From the NCBI GenBank assembly GCA_963843845.1, contig CAWJMB010000002.1:2176001-2240000 (forward strand): a stretch of DNA of 64,000 bases, read 5' to 3'. The position numbers were made by a program, and so were the translations under genes. This DNA is from an uncultured Gemmatimonadaceae bacterium (lineage in GTDB: Bacteria; Gemmatimonadota; Gemmatimonadetes; Gemmatimonadales; Gemmatimonadaceae). Shown here one piece after another: positions 43,623 through 52,854 of the stretch. The notes beneath the pieces are model-generated. The model was given only the letters and a program-made list of their open reading frames with translations, was not told where the DNA came from and made no database searches. How positions within the stretch are numbered: the stretch's first letter is position 1; every line of letters starts with the position of its first letter.

Positions 43623-44783
43623 TCAAGGACTTCTGAAGGCTGTCAAGTCGGCGGCGAGCGCGTCGAGCCGGAGCCAGCCGGCGGCCGTCAGCCGAAGCCG
43701 CCGGTCATCGAGCCGGGCCCACCCGGCGTCGACCCACCGTTGAACCCGCGGGCGCTCCGGCGGCGCGATCTCGAGCCCCGCGTCGCTGCGCAGTCCTAAG
43801 TACACTCGCTCGGCGACCCTGTTCTCGACGGACAGACGCTCGGAGCCCGTCACGGGATCGGCGGCTGCGGTGACGGCCGCCCGCCACGCGGGATACGACG
43901 CCTCGTTCCAGCGCCGCGTCACGCCGTCGAACTCGTGCGCCGACGGGCCGAGCCCGACGTAGGGCGCGCCGCTCCAGTAGCTCGCGTTGTGACGGGAGCG
44001 GCGGCCGGGACGCGCGAAGTTGGAGACTTCATAGTGCTCGAAGCCGGCCGCCGTCATGACGTCGTGCGCGCGAAGGAACTCCGCCGCGTAGCGCTCCTCG
44101 TCGGCCTCCGTCACCTCACCGCGCGCGTGCCAACGGCCGAGCGGCGTACGGGGCTCGACGGTCAGTCCGTAGAGCGACAGGTGATCCGGCTCGAGCGCGA
44201 GCGCCATGGCGAGGTCGCGTGACCAGTCGCGATCGACTCCGTCCGGCGCCGCGAAGATCAGATCGAGCGAGAGGTTCGTGATCCCTCCGGCGCGCGCGGT
44301 CCGCACCGCGCGCTCGATCTGCGTCGTGCCATGCGAGCGATGCATCCAGCTCAACACGCGCTCGTCGAACGATTGCGCCCCGACGGAGAGGCGGTTCACT
44401 CCCGCGGCGCGCCACGCCGCCACGTGCTCCGCCGTCACATCGTCAGGGTTCGCCTCGAGCGTCAGCTCCGCATCCGGGGCCAGCGGGAAGTGGCGCGCGA
44501 CGACGTCGATCGCTCCCCGGACGCCGTCGCCGCCGAGCCGCGACGGCGTGCCACCGCCGAAGTAGAGAGTGTCGACGGTGTCCGGATCGGCGTGCACCGC
44601 GCCGAACCGGATCGCACACTCCCGCGCCAGCGCGTCGACGTATTCAGCGACGGGCACCGCCCGGCGCACGGCGATCGCGAAGTCGCAGTACGAGCAGCGC
44701 CGCGCGCAGAACGGCACGTGCACGTAGACGTGGCGCGCCGACGTGGCGTGGCTGGCGGCCGTCAGCGCGGCGTGCGTGTTCAG
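43623..44783 (-). CDS. hemW: Radical SAM heme chaperone HemW (start uncertain)
   Basis: YVHVPFCARRCSYCDF, GGGTPS, EANP, HLSLYGL, YEVSNF, HNASYW, GLGPSAH; upstream of hrcA. Confidence 0.9.
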   Translation of the reverse strand: MNTHAALTAASHATSARHVYVHVPFCARRCSYCDFAIAVRRAVPVAEYVDALARECAIRFGAVHADPDTVDTLYFGGGTPSRLGGDGVRGAIDVVARHFPLAPDAELTLEANPDDVTAEHVAAWRAAGVNRLSVGAQSFDERVLSWMHRSHGTTQIERAVRTARAGGITNLSLDLIFAAPDGVDRDWSRDLAMALALEPDHLSLYGLTVEPRTPLGRWHARGEVTEADEERYAAEFLRAHDVMTAAGFEHYEVSNFARPGRRSRHNASYWSGAPYVGLGPSAHEFDGVTRRWNEASYPAWRAAVTAAADPVTGSERLSVENRVAERVYLGLRSDAGLEIAPPERPRVQRWVDAGWARLDDRRLRLTAAGWLRLDALAADLTAFRSP

Positions 44784-44805
44784 ACGCTGGAACCGGGCGA
44801 GGCGG

Positions 44806-45981
44806 CTACCGCCGCGCGATCGATCCGTCGAAGCCGACGAGCACGAGCCCGGTCGCCTCGAGCGACCCGACCGCCGTCGCGCACCGCCGAACGTCGAGCG
44901 CCGCGCGTTCGGCCAGCGCGTCGAGATCCGCCGCCCGCGTCGTGAGCTGCTGCCACACGCACGCCTCGTCGCCCGACAGCGCGGGCACCCGCGGCGCCGA
45001 AGAGCGCGCGGCGTACTCGCGACCCGGGTCCGCGCGGCCGTCCGGCGCCGGTTCCGCCACGGCGCGTCGTACGCCGAGCAGGCCGAGCAGATCGTCCGCA
45101 TCGGTGACGACGGCCGCCCCGTCTCGCAGCAACGCGTTGGCCCCCGCCGAGGCGGCCGAGTCCACCGGCCCCGGAACCGCCCCCACGTCGCGCCCGAGCT
45201 CGAGAGCGAGCGACGCCGTGATCAGTGCGCCACTCCTGGTACCGGCCTCGACGACGACCGTCGCGCGCGCGAGCGCGGCGACGATCCGGTTCCGGCGTGG
45301 GAACGCGCCGGGGGTCGCACGCGTGCCGGGCGCCATCTCGGACACGATCAGCCCCTCCGACGCGATGCGCTCGTACAGGCGCCGGTGCGACGCGGGGTAC
45401 GGCACGTCGACGCCGGTGCCCAACACGGCGACGGTGGCGCCGCCGACGTCGAGGGACGCCGCGTGTGCGACGGCGTCGATTCCCCGCGCGAGCCCGCTCA
45501 CGACGACTGCGCCCGCGCCGCCGGCGGCACGCGCCAACCCGTCGGTCACGCGCGTGCCGTAGCTGGTCGCATCCCGGGTCCCCACCATCGCGACGGCCGG
45601 CGCGACGGACAGCAGCGAGCGATCGCCGCGACACCAGAGCGCGGCAGGAGGGTCGCTCAGGTCGAGCAGCGCCGCGGGATAGTCGGGATCACCGAGCAGA
45701 CAGAGCGTCGCGCGCGCGCGCTCGGCTCGCGCGAGCGCGCGCTCCGCGCACGCCACGGCCTCGCCGCGCTCGGCTGACGCGACACGTCGCGCGAACGCGC
45801 GATCAGCCCCGCCGTCGGCTCGCGCCCACGTGCGGTAGCGCGTCGGCCCGATCCCGTCGACGAACGTGAGCGCGAGCGCCGCGCGTCGATCGTCCGCCGT
45901 CGCCACCGGCGCGGTGCCGGCCTCGGTCGGCAACGCGCTCCACGCGCGGCCGCGCTCGCAGACGCGCGCTGTCGCGATCAC
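44806..45981 (-). CDS. dprA: DNA-processing protein DprA
   Basis: YP..L..L.DPP, VGTR.AT.YG, VSGLARGIDA.AH, FPRRNRIV, VVEA..RSGALITA, AVPG; C-terminal wHTH. Confidence 0.94.
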   Translation of the reverse strand: MIATARVCERGRAWSALPTEAGTAPVATADDRRAALALTFVDGIGPTRYRTWARADGGADRAFARRVASAERGEAVACAERALARAERARATLCLLGDPDYPAALLDLSDPPAALWCRGDRSLLSVAPAVAMVGTRDATSYGTRVTDGLARAAGGAGAVVVSGLARGIDAVAHAASLDVGGATVAVLGTGVDVPYPASHRRLYERIASEGLIVSEMAPGTRATPGAFPRRNRIVAALARATVVVEAGTRSGALITASLALELGRDVGAVPGPVDSAASAGANALLRDGAAVVTDADDLLGLLGVRRAVAEPAPDGRADPGREYAARSSAPRVPALSGDEACVWQQLTTRAADLDALAERAALDVRRCATAVGSLEATGLVLVGFDGSIARR

Positions 45982-45982
45982 G

Positions 45983-47002
45983 TCACGGCAGCTCGGCGTG
46001 GCCGACCGCGCGCTCCGCCGTGCGCCGCAGCGTGAGCAGCTCGGTCCACCACGTGGCGAGTAGCTCGTCGAGGCCATCGCGCCCGGCGGCGCTGATCGAG
46101 CGCACCGCGAACGCGTCGGGCGCGACGATCTCGGGCACGTACGGCTCGCCGAGCAGGTCGAGCTTGGTGAACACGACGCAATGCGGCTTCGCGGCGAGCG
46201 CCTCGGAGTACGCGCGCACCTCCGCGCGCAGTCCATCGTACTCGGCCTGCCAGTCCATCGCGTCGATGGGGATCATGATCGCGAGCATCCGCGTCCGCTC
46301 GATGTGGCGCAGGAACTGGAGGCCGAGCCCCTTTCCTTCGTGCGCGCCTTCGATGATTCCCGGGATGTCCGCGACGACGAACGTGCGGTGCCCCGAGAGC
46401 TGCACGACGCCGAGGTTCGGCGCGAGCGTCGTGAACGGGTAGTCGGCGATCTTCGGACGGGCCGCCGAGATCACGGAGAGCAGCGTCGACTTCCCAGCGT
46501 TGGGCTGCCCGACGAGGCCGACGTCGGCGATCAGCTTGAGCTCGAGCTCGAGCGAGCGCGCCTTGCCCTCTTCCCCGGGTTCCCACTCGCGCGGCGCCTG
46601 GTGGGTCGCGGTCGCGAACTTCGCGTTGCCGCGCCCGCCGCGCCCGCCGCGCGCGACGATGATCTCCTGCCCGTGCTCGGTGATGTCGCCGATCAGCTCG
46701 TGCGTGTCGGCGTCGCGCAGCACCGTGCCGGGCGGGACCGGGAGCACGACGTCGGCTCCCGAGCGCCCGCTCTTGTTCGAGCTCGACCCGTGGTCGCCGC
46801 GTTCGGCCTGCCAGAAGTCGCGGTACGTGTAGTCGAGCAGCGTCGCGAGGTTGCTGTCGCCGCGTACGATGACGTCGCCGCCGCGACCCCCGTCGCCTCC
46901 GTCCGGGCCGCCCATCGGGACGAACTTCTCGCGGCGGAACGAGCTGGCGCCCGAGCCGCCAGTGCCGGCTTCGACGCGAACGATGACCTGATCGATGAAC
47001 AT
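45983..47002 (-). CDS. obgE: GTPase Obg
   Basis: SFRREKFVPMGGPDGGDGG, LELKLIADVGLVGQPNAGKSTL, PKIADYPFTT, DIPG, LGLQFLRHIER. Confidence 0.98.
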   Translation of the reverse strand: MFIDQVIVRVEAGTGGSGASSFRREKFVPMGGPDGGDGGRGGDVIVRGDSNLATLLDYTYRDFWQAERGDHGSSSNKSGRSGADVVLPVPPGTVLRDADTHELIGDITEHGQEIIVARGGRGGRGNAKFATATHQAPREWEPGEEGKARSLELELKLIADVGLVGQPNAGKSTLLSVISAARPKIADYPFTTLAPNLGVVQLSGHRTFVVADIPGIIEGAHEGKGLGLQFLRHIERTRMLAIMIPIDAMDWQAEYDGLRAEVRAYSEALAAKPHCVVFTKLDLLGEPYVPEIVAPDAFAVRSISAAGRDGLDELLATWWTELLTLRRTAERAVGHAELP

Positions 47003-47014
47003 GATGGAGTGTGC

Positions 47015-47734
47015 CTAACGCTGTGCTGCCGACTGCGGACTCGGCCGCGTGTGCTCGCGCACCCGCTTCCAGAGCCGTCGCGCGGCGTCCGCCGCGTCGT
47101 CGTCGATGACGCCGTCCAACGCCTCGAGCGCCGCCGAGACGACGTCGGCCCCGACGCCGACGTTCAACGCGCCGTGCAAGTGCGAGTGCAGCTGCCGCTC
47201 CTGCGCCATCGCCGCACACGCTGCGACGACACAGAGCTCACGACGCGGCAGGTCGAGCCCCGGCCGCGCGAGCACCTTGCCGTACCCTTCCACGATCATC
47301 CACGCGTCGAGGGCCGGGTGCAGCTCCGCGATGTTGCGTCGCAGCGGACGGTAGTGCGCACCGTACACCGCGGCACACGTCTCGCCGCCTCGCGCACGCC
47401 ACGTCGCCGTCTCGTCGCGCGAGGCGTCGTCGTCGGACGTCGGCGCCGCGCGCCCCGAGACGCGCCGCCAGTCGCGCATCGCGTTCAGCGTGCGCGGCAG
47501 CCCGGCGAACAGATACGACTGCAGCAGCAGCTCCTCCACCCAGACGGCGTCGATGGTGACCGCGCCGCGCAGCGCGTCGCGCACGGCCCGTTCGCTCCCC
47601 GCGGCGACGACGGCGGCGAGCCGCACCAGCGCGCGCGTCGCCTCGTCGAGCACGGACAACGTCGCGCCGTCCGCGCCTGCGACAGGTACCCGATCGTTGC
47701 CGCCCGTATCCAAGCGTTGCACGGCGCCGCTCAC
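47015..47734 (-). CDS. Carboxymuconolactone decarboxylase / AhpD-like family protein
   Basis: EELLLQSYLFAGLPR.LNA, YGKVLARPGLD..RREL, QL.SHL.GALNVG. Confidence 0.8.
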   Translation of the reverse strand: MSGAVQRLDTGGNDRVPVAGADGATLSVLDEATRALVRLAAVVAAGSERAVRDALRGAVTIDAVWVEELLLQSYLFAGLPRTLNAMRDWRRVSGRAAPTSDDDASRDETATWRARGGETCAAVYGAHYRPLRRNIAELHPALDAWMIVEGYGKVLARPGLDLPRRELCVVAACAAMAQERQLHSHLHGALNVGVGADVVSAALEALDGVIDDDAADAARRLWKRVREHTRPSPQSAAQR

Positions 47735-48717
47735 GCAGCGGGCGCCACGTCGCCGACGATCTCGCCGCGTGTGTTCCGCACCGGCCGGACGAGGAGGTCG
47801 GCCAGGCGCGGCGGGAGCGGATCGGGGAGCGCGTCGAGGAGTTGCAGCGCGCGCAGCACGGCCGGATACTGTGCCCGCGGCGCGCCGTCCTCGACTTTCA
47901 CGGCGAGCCCGACGCCGCGGTCGAGCAGGGCGAGCGAGTGCACTCCCTCGGCGCCGACCTTCGCGAGCACGCGGCCTTCGGTCTCTTCCATGAGCACGGT
48001 ATCGAATCGATCGGTGCCGCCCACCAGGAACGGCCGGGTTCGCATGGCGTGCGCGATGCGCGACGGCACTTCGTCGCCCCGACGAGCCGCCGCGGCGAAC
48101 CGCGCGTAGCTCCGTGCCATCCCGTCGAGCGGCAGCCCGTACACGACGACGCCGCAGCCGTCCACCGACCGGCGCAACGCCTCCGCCGGCACGCCGCTCC
48201 ACCGCGCCACGGCGTCGGTGCATGCGCGCTGCACGGGGTGCTCGTCGCGCTCGTAGCCGGCCGTCGGCCATCCCTGCGTCGCCGCGCGCGCGAGCATGGC
48301 CGAGTGCTTCCCGGAGCAGTTGTTGTGCAGGCGCGTCGACCGGATCCCCGACTCGCGCAGCAGGCGCGCGCCGCGCGACGCGAGCGGCTCGTGCGGACCG
48401 CAGACGAGATCTCCCTCCTCCAGTCCGAGCGACTCGAGCATCGACTCGGCGAGGGCGGCGTGCTCGGGCTCGCCGCCGTGCGACGCGCAGGCGAGCGCGA
48501 GCTGGTCGTCGCCCCACCCGACGGCGTCGAATCCGCCGCTCTCGATGAGCGGCATCACCTGGAACGGCTTCGCGCACGAGCGCCAGTACGTGGCGAGCGA
48601 CGGATCACCGGCCGCCGCCACGAGCGCGTCGCCGTCGACGACGGCCGCGTGCACGCGATGCCGCGATTCGACGACGCCGCCGCGCGTCGCGACGACGTCG
48701 AGGTTGAGGGTGAGCAT
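47731..48717 (-). CDS. L-asparaginase II (Rhizobium etli-type) family protein
   Basis: RG..VES.H, RSCAKPFQ, ACASHGGE, HNNCSGKH, DGCG, AKVGAEGV, KVEDG. Confidence 0.88.
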   Translation of the reverse strand: MLTLNLDVVATRGGVVESRHRVHAAVVDGDALVAAAGDPSLATYWRSCAKPFQVMPLIESGGFDAVGWGDDQLALACASHGGEPEHAALAESMLESLGLEEGDLVCGPHEPLASRGARLLRESGIRSTRLHNNCSGKHSAMLARAATQGWPTAGYERDEHPVQRACTDAVARWSGVPAEALRRSVDGCGVVVYGLPLDGMARSYARFAAAARRGDEVPSRIAHAMRTRPFLVGGTDRFDTVLMEETEGRVLAKVGAEGVHSLALLDRGVGLAVKVEDGAPRAQYPAVLRALQLLDALPDPLPPRLADLLVRPVRNTRGEIVGDVAPAA

Positions 48718-48750
48718 GCAGAGAAACCTAAACGGCCGGCCCGCGGCCGC

Positions 48751-49728
48751 TCAGAACAGCTTGATCAGCCCCTTCGTGTACTTCTGCGGATTGCGCCGGA
48801 CGTCCTCGAGGATCGCGTTCAGCTCGACGAGCGATTTGTTGAGCGCGTCGTAGGTCGCCTGGTCGTTCAACAGGCGTGGCACGATGCCGTTGCCGCGGGT
48901 CATGAGCTTCGCGATCGAGTCGGCGCTCGCCGTCACGCTGACGAGCTGCGCGTAGAGCGTGTCGTCGCGGAGCAGCTTGCCGAGCGTGCCGTTGGAGCTC
49001 GCGACCTGACCGACGAGCGAGTCGAGCGACGCCGTCGTGCGCGTGAGGTTGTTGTAGAGCACGGGGTCGGTCATGAGGCGCCCGATCGTGCCGTTCGGGT
49101 TCTGCATGCGAACGAGCAGCGCATTCGTCCGCGAGAGCGTGCCGTTCAGCGTGTCGTAGAGCCCACGGTTCGTGACGAGCTGGCCGATCGTGCCCTCACC
49201 GGCCACGATGCCGCCCGTGATGCCGCGCAGATCGTGCGTGAGCCCGACGACGTCTCCGACCGCGCCCGACGCCTGCTGGATGATCTGGTCGTACTCGACC
49301 GACGGCGCGACGACGATGGTGTCGTTCGCTCGCAGGTAGCCCGTGCGCGCGGTCCCCGGCGAGATGTCGAAGATGCGGTCGCCGAGGAGGCCCTGCGTGC
49401 GGAGCCGCGCGCGGGAGTCGCCGCGGACCTGCTGCTGCACGTCCTCGTCGACCTCGACGACGAGGCGCAGATTGCGCGTCGTGTCGTTGTCGACCGGAAG
49501 GAAGTCGATGCGCTTCACCGACCCGGCGAGCTGCCCCGCGACGGTGACCGCGCCGCCGACGCGCAACCCGTTCGCGGACGGCACGAACGCTACCAGTTCG
49601 TACTTCCGGCCTAACAGATTCGCCGCTTTCGCGAGCTTGTAGCCGCCGAAGACCAGGATGAGCAGCGCGACCAGCGTCACCGACACGACGCGCACCTGCT
49701 CCCACGTGATGATGCTGCCGCGTTTCAT
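48751..49728 (-). CDS. MCE/MlaD family protein
   Basis: N-terminal TM helix, GLRVGGAV..AG..G.V, QGLLGD..I.PG, helical GT(I/L)G.L..D..LY repeats. Confidence 0.9.
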   Translation of the reverse strand: MKRGSIITWEQVRVVSVTLVALLILVFGGYKLAKAANLLGRKYELVAFVPSANGLRVGGAVTVAGQLAGSVKRIDFLPVDNDTTRNLRLVVEVDEDVQQQVRGDSRARLRTQGLLGDRIFDISPGTARTGYLRANDTIVVAPSVEYDQIIQQASGAVGDVVGLTHDLRGITGGIVAGEGTIGQLVTNRGLYDTLNGTLSRTNALLVRMQNPNGTIGRLMTDPVLYNNLTRTTASLDSLVGQVASSNGTLGKLLRDDTLYAQLVSVTASADSIAKLMTRGNGIVPRLLNDQATYDALNKSLVELNAILEDVRRNPQKYTKGLIKLF

Positions 49729-49729
49729 G

Positions 49730-50620
49730 TTAGGATCCGCCGAGGAAGTCCTGGATGTATCGGTCGTCGCTCGCCGTCATCTCCTCCGGCGTGCCGAAGA
49801 ACCGGATGCGCTTCTCCGCGAGCAGCGCGACGTAGGTCGCCATGCGGAACACCGAGCGGATGTCGTGCGACACGACGATGCTCGTGACGCCGAGCTCGCG
49901 CTGCAGCTTGATGATGAGTCGCGTGATCGTCCCCGTCGTCAACGGATCGAGCCCCGACGTGGGCTCGTCGTAGAGCATCAGCTCCGGGTCGTTCGCCATC
50001 GCGCGCGCGATCCCGACGCGTTTCCGCATCCCGCCCGAGAGCGACGACGGCAGCAGCTCCATGATCTGGTCGGGGTCGAGATCGACGAACTCGAGCTTCT
50101 CCCGCACGCGCCGCTCGATCTCGGCCTCGTCGTAGTCGGTATGCTCGCGCAGCGGATACGCGACGTTCTCGTACACGGTCATCGAGTCGAACAGCGCTGC
50201 CGCCTGGAACACCATTCCCATCTTCTGCCGGACACGCAACGCATCCTCGAAGTTGAGTCCCGTGATGTCGTTGCCGCGGACGTAGACACGCCCGGAGTCG
50301 GGGACGAGCAGCCGCAGGATCAGCTTCAGCGTCGTCGACTTGCCGGTGCCCGACTCGCCGACGACGACGATCGTCTCACCCTTCTTCGCGAGGAAGGAGA
50401 CGTCGTCGAGGATGACGCGGCCGTCGAACCCCAGGTGCACGCGCTCCAGCTCGATGACCGCGCCCTCTGCGGGCCCCGGATCTTCCGCGCGCGGACGCAC
50501 GTCGTCCGGCGTCTGGGCGAGCTCGTCGCGGATCGCGGCGCGGACCCGCACCTCGGTCGGCTCACGCCGGTCGCCCGCGCGTCGATCGCCGGGATTCGAT
50601 GCGTCGGGGGGCCCGGTCAT
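49730..50620 (-). CDS. MlaF-like ABC ATPase
   Basis: GESGTGKST, VFQ.AALFDS, LSGGMRKRVGIARA, YDEPTSGLDP, VSHD. Confidence 0.92.
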   Translation of the reverse strand: MTGPPDASNPGDRRAGDRREPTEVRVRAAIRDELAQTPDDVRPRAEDPGPAEGAVIELERVHLGFDGRVILDDVSFLAKKGETIVVVGESGTGKSTTLKLILRLLVPDSGRVYVRGNDITGLNFEDALRVRQKMGMVFQAAALFDSMTVYENVAYPLREHTDYDEAEIERRVREKLEFVDLDPDQIMELLPSSLSGGMRKRVGIARAMANDPELMLYDEPTSGLDPLTTGTITRLIIKLQRELGVTSIVVSHDIRSVFRMATYVALLAEKRIRFFGTPEEMTASDDRYIQDFLGGS

Positions 50621-51429
50621 GAGGGGAGCACCGCGAGCAGGATCTGCGTGAGGAAGTAGTCGCTCACGAGAATCGAGATGCTCGCCGCGACGACCGTGCG
50701 CGTCGTCGCCACGCCGACGCCTTCGGTCCCTCCGGTCGTCGACAGACCATAGTAGCAGGCCGACGTCGTGATGATCCCGCCGAACACGATCGGCTTCACG
50801 AGCCCCTGGATGAAGTCGTTCGGAATGACGCCGAGCGTGAAGCCGTTGTTGCTGAGCTGCTGCCACACGGTCTGCCAGTAGAAGCCGGTCGGCAGCCCGA
50901 CGTACACCTTCGCGATGAGGTTCCCGCCGAGGATGCCGACGAGGTCGTTGATGACGGTGAGCAGCGGCATCATGATGACGCCGGCGAGCACGCGCGGCGT
51001 CACGAGCTTCTTGATCGGATCGGTGCCGAGCGTGTTCAGCGCGTCGATCTGCTCGGTCACGCGCATGGACCCGATCTGCGCCGCGACCCCCGACCCGACG
51101 CGCCCCGCGACCATCAGCCCCGCGAGCACCGGGCCGAGCTCGCGGACCATCGACGCCGACACCAGGCTGCCGATGTACTGCGTCGCGCCGAACGTGCGGA
51201 GCTGGACCGACGACTGGAGGGCGAGCACCATGCCCGTGAAGAACCCGGTCAGCAGCACGATCCCCAGCGACTGCACGCCGATCGCGTCCATCTGCTGCAC
51301 GAGGTCCGAGAAGTAGAACGGCCGCACGAACGTGAATCGCAGCGCGTTCCACGCGAGCGTCACGTAGCTCTGGACTCCCGCGACCTTGGCCTTGGCGGCG
51401 GCGTTCAGGCGAGTGGCGAAACCGGACAA
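50617..51429 (-). CDS. MlaE-like ABC permease
   Basis: GMVLALQ, RELGPVL, AGRVGS, MRVTEQIDAL, GVG.ATT.TVV. Confidence 0.93.
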   Translation of the reverse strand: MSGFATRLNAAAKAKVAGVQSYVTLAWNALRFTFVRPFYFSDLVQQMDAIGVQSLGIVLLTGFFTGMVLALQSSVQLRTFGATQYIGSLVSASMVRELGPVLAGLMVAGRVGSGVAAQIGSMRVTEQIDALNTLGTDPIKKLVTPRVLAGVIMMPLLTVINDLVGILGGNLIAKVYVGLPTGFYWQTVWQQLSNNGFTLGVIPNDFIQGLVKPIVFGGIITTSACYYGLSTTGGTEGVGVATTRTVVAASISILVSDYFLTQILLAVLPS

Positions 51430-51561
51430 TCCGGGCGATGTGAGAGGGGACGCGGAGGCGGCGCAGGGGCGCCCGGACGCGCCGCGTCGTCACGGCATCG
51501 TGAGCGGCGCAGCGTTCGCGCGGCCGAAGGGGCAAGCGTCGTGCCGGGAGCCGGCGCTCCG

Positions 51562-51590
51562 TTGACCCTCCTCCCCGGCGCCGCTACGCT
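51562..51590 (+). promoter_or_regulatory. Promoter TTGACC-17nt-TACGCT, 8 nt before the heptose kinase ATG
   Basis: Hexamers at 51562-51567 and 51585-51590; no SD between -10 and ATG. Confidence 0.6.
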
Positions 51591-51598
51591 ACGCGCCC

Positions 51599-52603
51599 AT
51601 GCCTGCCTCCCTTTCCCGCCCCCGGCTCGTCTCGCTGCTCGCGGCTGCCGCCGAACAGCGCGTCGTGACCGTGGGCGACGCGATGCTCGACGTCTACCTC
51701 CGCGGCGACGTCGACCGCATCTCGCCGGAAGCGCCCGTGCCGGTCGTGCGCGTGCGCGATCGGAAAGACGCCCTCGGCGGCGCGGCGAACGTGGCGCAGA
51801 ACGTCGCCGCGCTCGGCGCCTCGTGCGCGCTCGTCGCGGCAGTCGGCGACGACGCCGGCGGCGCCCGCCTTCGGGCGCTGCTCGCCGCGATCGGCGCCGA
51901 CGCCATGGTGGCCGTCGACCGCCCGACGACGACGAAGACGCGGGTCCTCGCGCGGAGTCAACAGGTCGTTCGCTTCGACGAGGAGAACGACGGCGACCTG
52001 ACGGCCGAGGACGTGGCCCAGGTCCTGAGCGCCGTGCGCGCCGCGATCGATGCCGGCGCCACCGCGCTCGTGCTGGAAGACTACAACAAGGGCGTCCTCG
52101 TCCCGGAGGTCATCACCGAGTCGATCGCCATGGCGCGGGCGCGCGGCATCCCGATCGTCGTCGATCCGAAGTTTCGCAATTTCTTCGCCTACCGCGGCGC
52201 GACGATCTTCAAGCCGAACCGGCGCGAGCTCGAGGCGGCACTCGGCGCGACGGTGGACCTCGCGCATCCGGAAGCGCTGCCGGCGACGCTCGAGCGGCTC
52301 GGCGTCGCGCATCTGCTGCTGACGCTCGGCGAGCACGGCATGGCGTTGATCTCGGCGAGCGGTGACACCGCACGCGTCCCCACCACCGCGCGCGAGGTCT
52401 ACGACGTCGTCGGGGCGGGCGATACGGTGACGGCGTATCTCGCGGTGCTGCTCGCGGCAGGGGCGACGGCGCGTGAAGCCGCGGTGATCGCGAACTTCGC
52501 GGCCGGCGTCGAAGTCGCGAAACTCGGCGCCGCGGTCGTGACGCCGGCCGAAGTGCTCGAGGCCTACGATCACTGGGTCGGCGAGAACGGCACTGCGCAG
52601 TAG
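51599..52603 (+). CDS. rfaE1: D-glycero-beta-D-manno-heptose-7-phosphate kinase (RfaE domain I)
   Basis: VGDAMLD.Y..G.V.RISPEAPVPV, GGAANVA, TT.KTR, DY.KG, VDPK, PN..E, DVVGAGDTV. Confidence 0.93.
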   Translation: MPASLSRPRLVSLLAAAAEQRVVTVGDAMLDVYLRGDVDRISPEAPVPVVRVRDRKDALGGAANVAQNVAALGASCALVAAVGDDAGGARLRALLAAIGADAMVAVDRPTTTKTRVLARSQQVVRFDEENDGDLTAEDVAQVLSAVRAAIDAGATALVLEDYNKGVLVPEVITESIAMARARGIPIVVDPKFRNFFAYRGATIFKPNRRELEAALGATVDLAHPEALPATLERLGVAHLLLTLGEHGMALISASGDTARVPTTAREVYDVVGAGDTVTAYLAVLLAAGATAREAAVIANFAAGVEVAKLGAAVVTPAEVLEAYDHWVGENGTAQ

Positions 52604-52614
52604 ATTGCCGTCGC

Positions 52615-52687
52615 GGGCCCTTAGCTCAGTGGTTAGAGCAGCGGACTCATAATCCGAAGTGCGTGGGTTCAAATCCCACAGGGCCCA
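52615..52687 (+). tRNA. tRNA with CAT anticodon, most likely Ile2 (lysidine-modified)
   Basis: GGGCCCTTAGCTCAGTGGTTAGAGCAGCGGACTCATAATCCG..GGTTCAAATCC..AGGGCCCA; acceptor and D arm resemble ileX-type; no initiator features. Confidence 0.85.
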
Positions 52688-52732
52688 TCTTCCCTCACTT
52701 CTGATGCACGATTACACTGCTCGTTCCCCACG

Positions 52733-52806
52733 GGGCGTGTAGCTCAGCTGGTTAGAGCGCTGCTTTCACACAGCAGAGGTCCGGGGTTCGAGTCCCTGCA
52801 CGCCCA
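52733..52806 (+). tRNA. tRNA-Val(CAC)
   Basis: GGGCGTG acceptor, CTGCT-TT CAC AC-AGCAG anticodon arm, GGTTCGAGTCC, CACGCCC-A. Confidence 0.92.
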
Positions 52807-52854
52807 CTGCCCGTCCGTTCGCGCACGCGCGCGTCATCGCGTCCACCGAAGGAC

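Noticed and set aside
52615..52687. CAT-anticodon tRNA as initiator tRNA-fMet
   Set aside because: 1:72 position is paired and the three consecutive G-C anticodon-stem pairs are absent; the sequence resembles Ile2-type tRNA.
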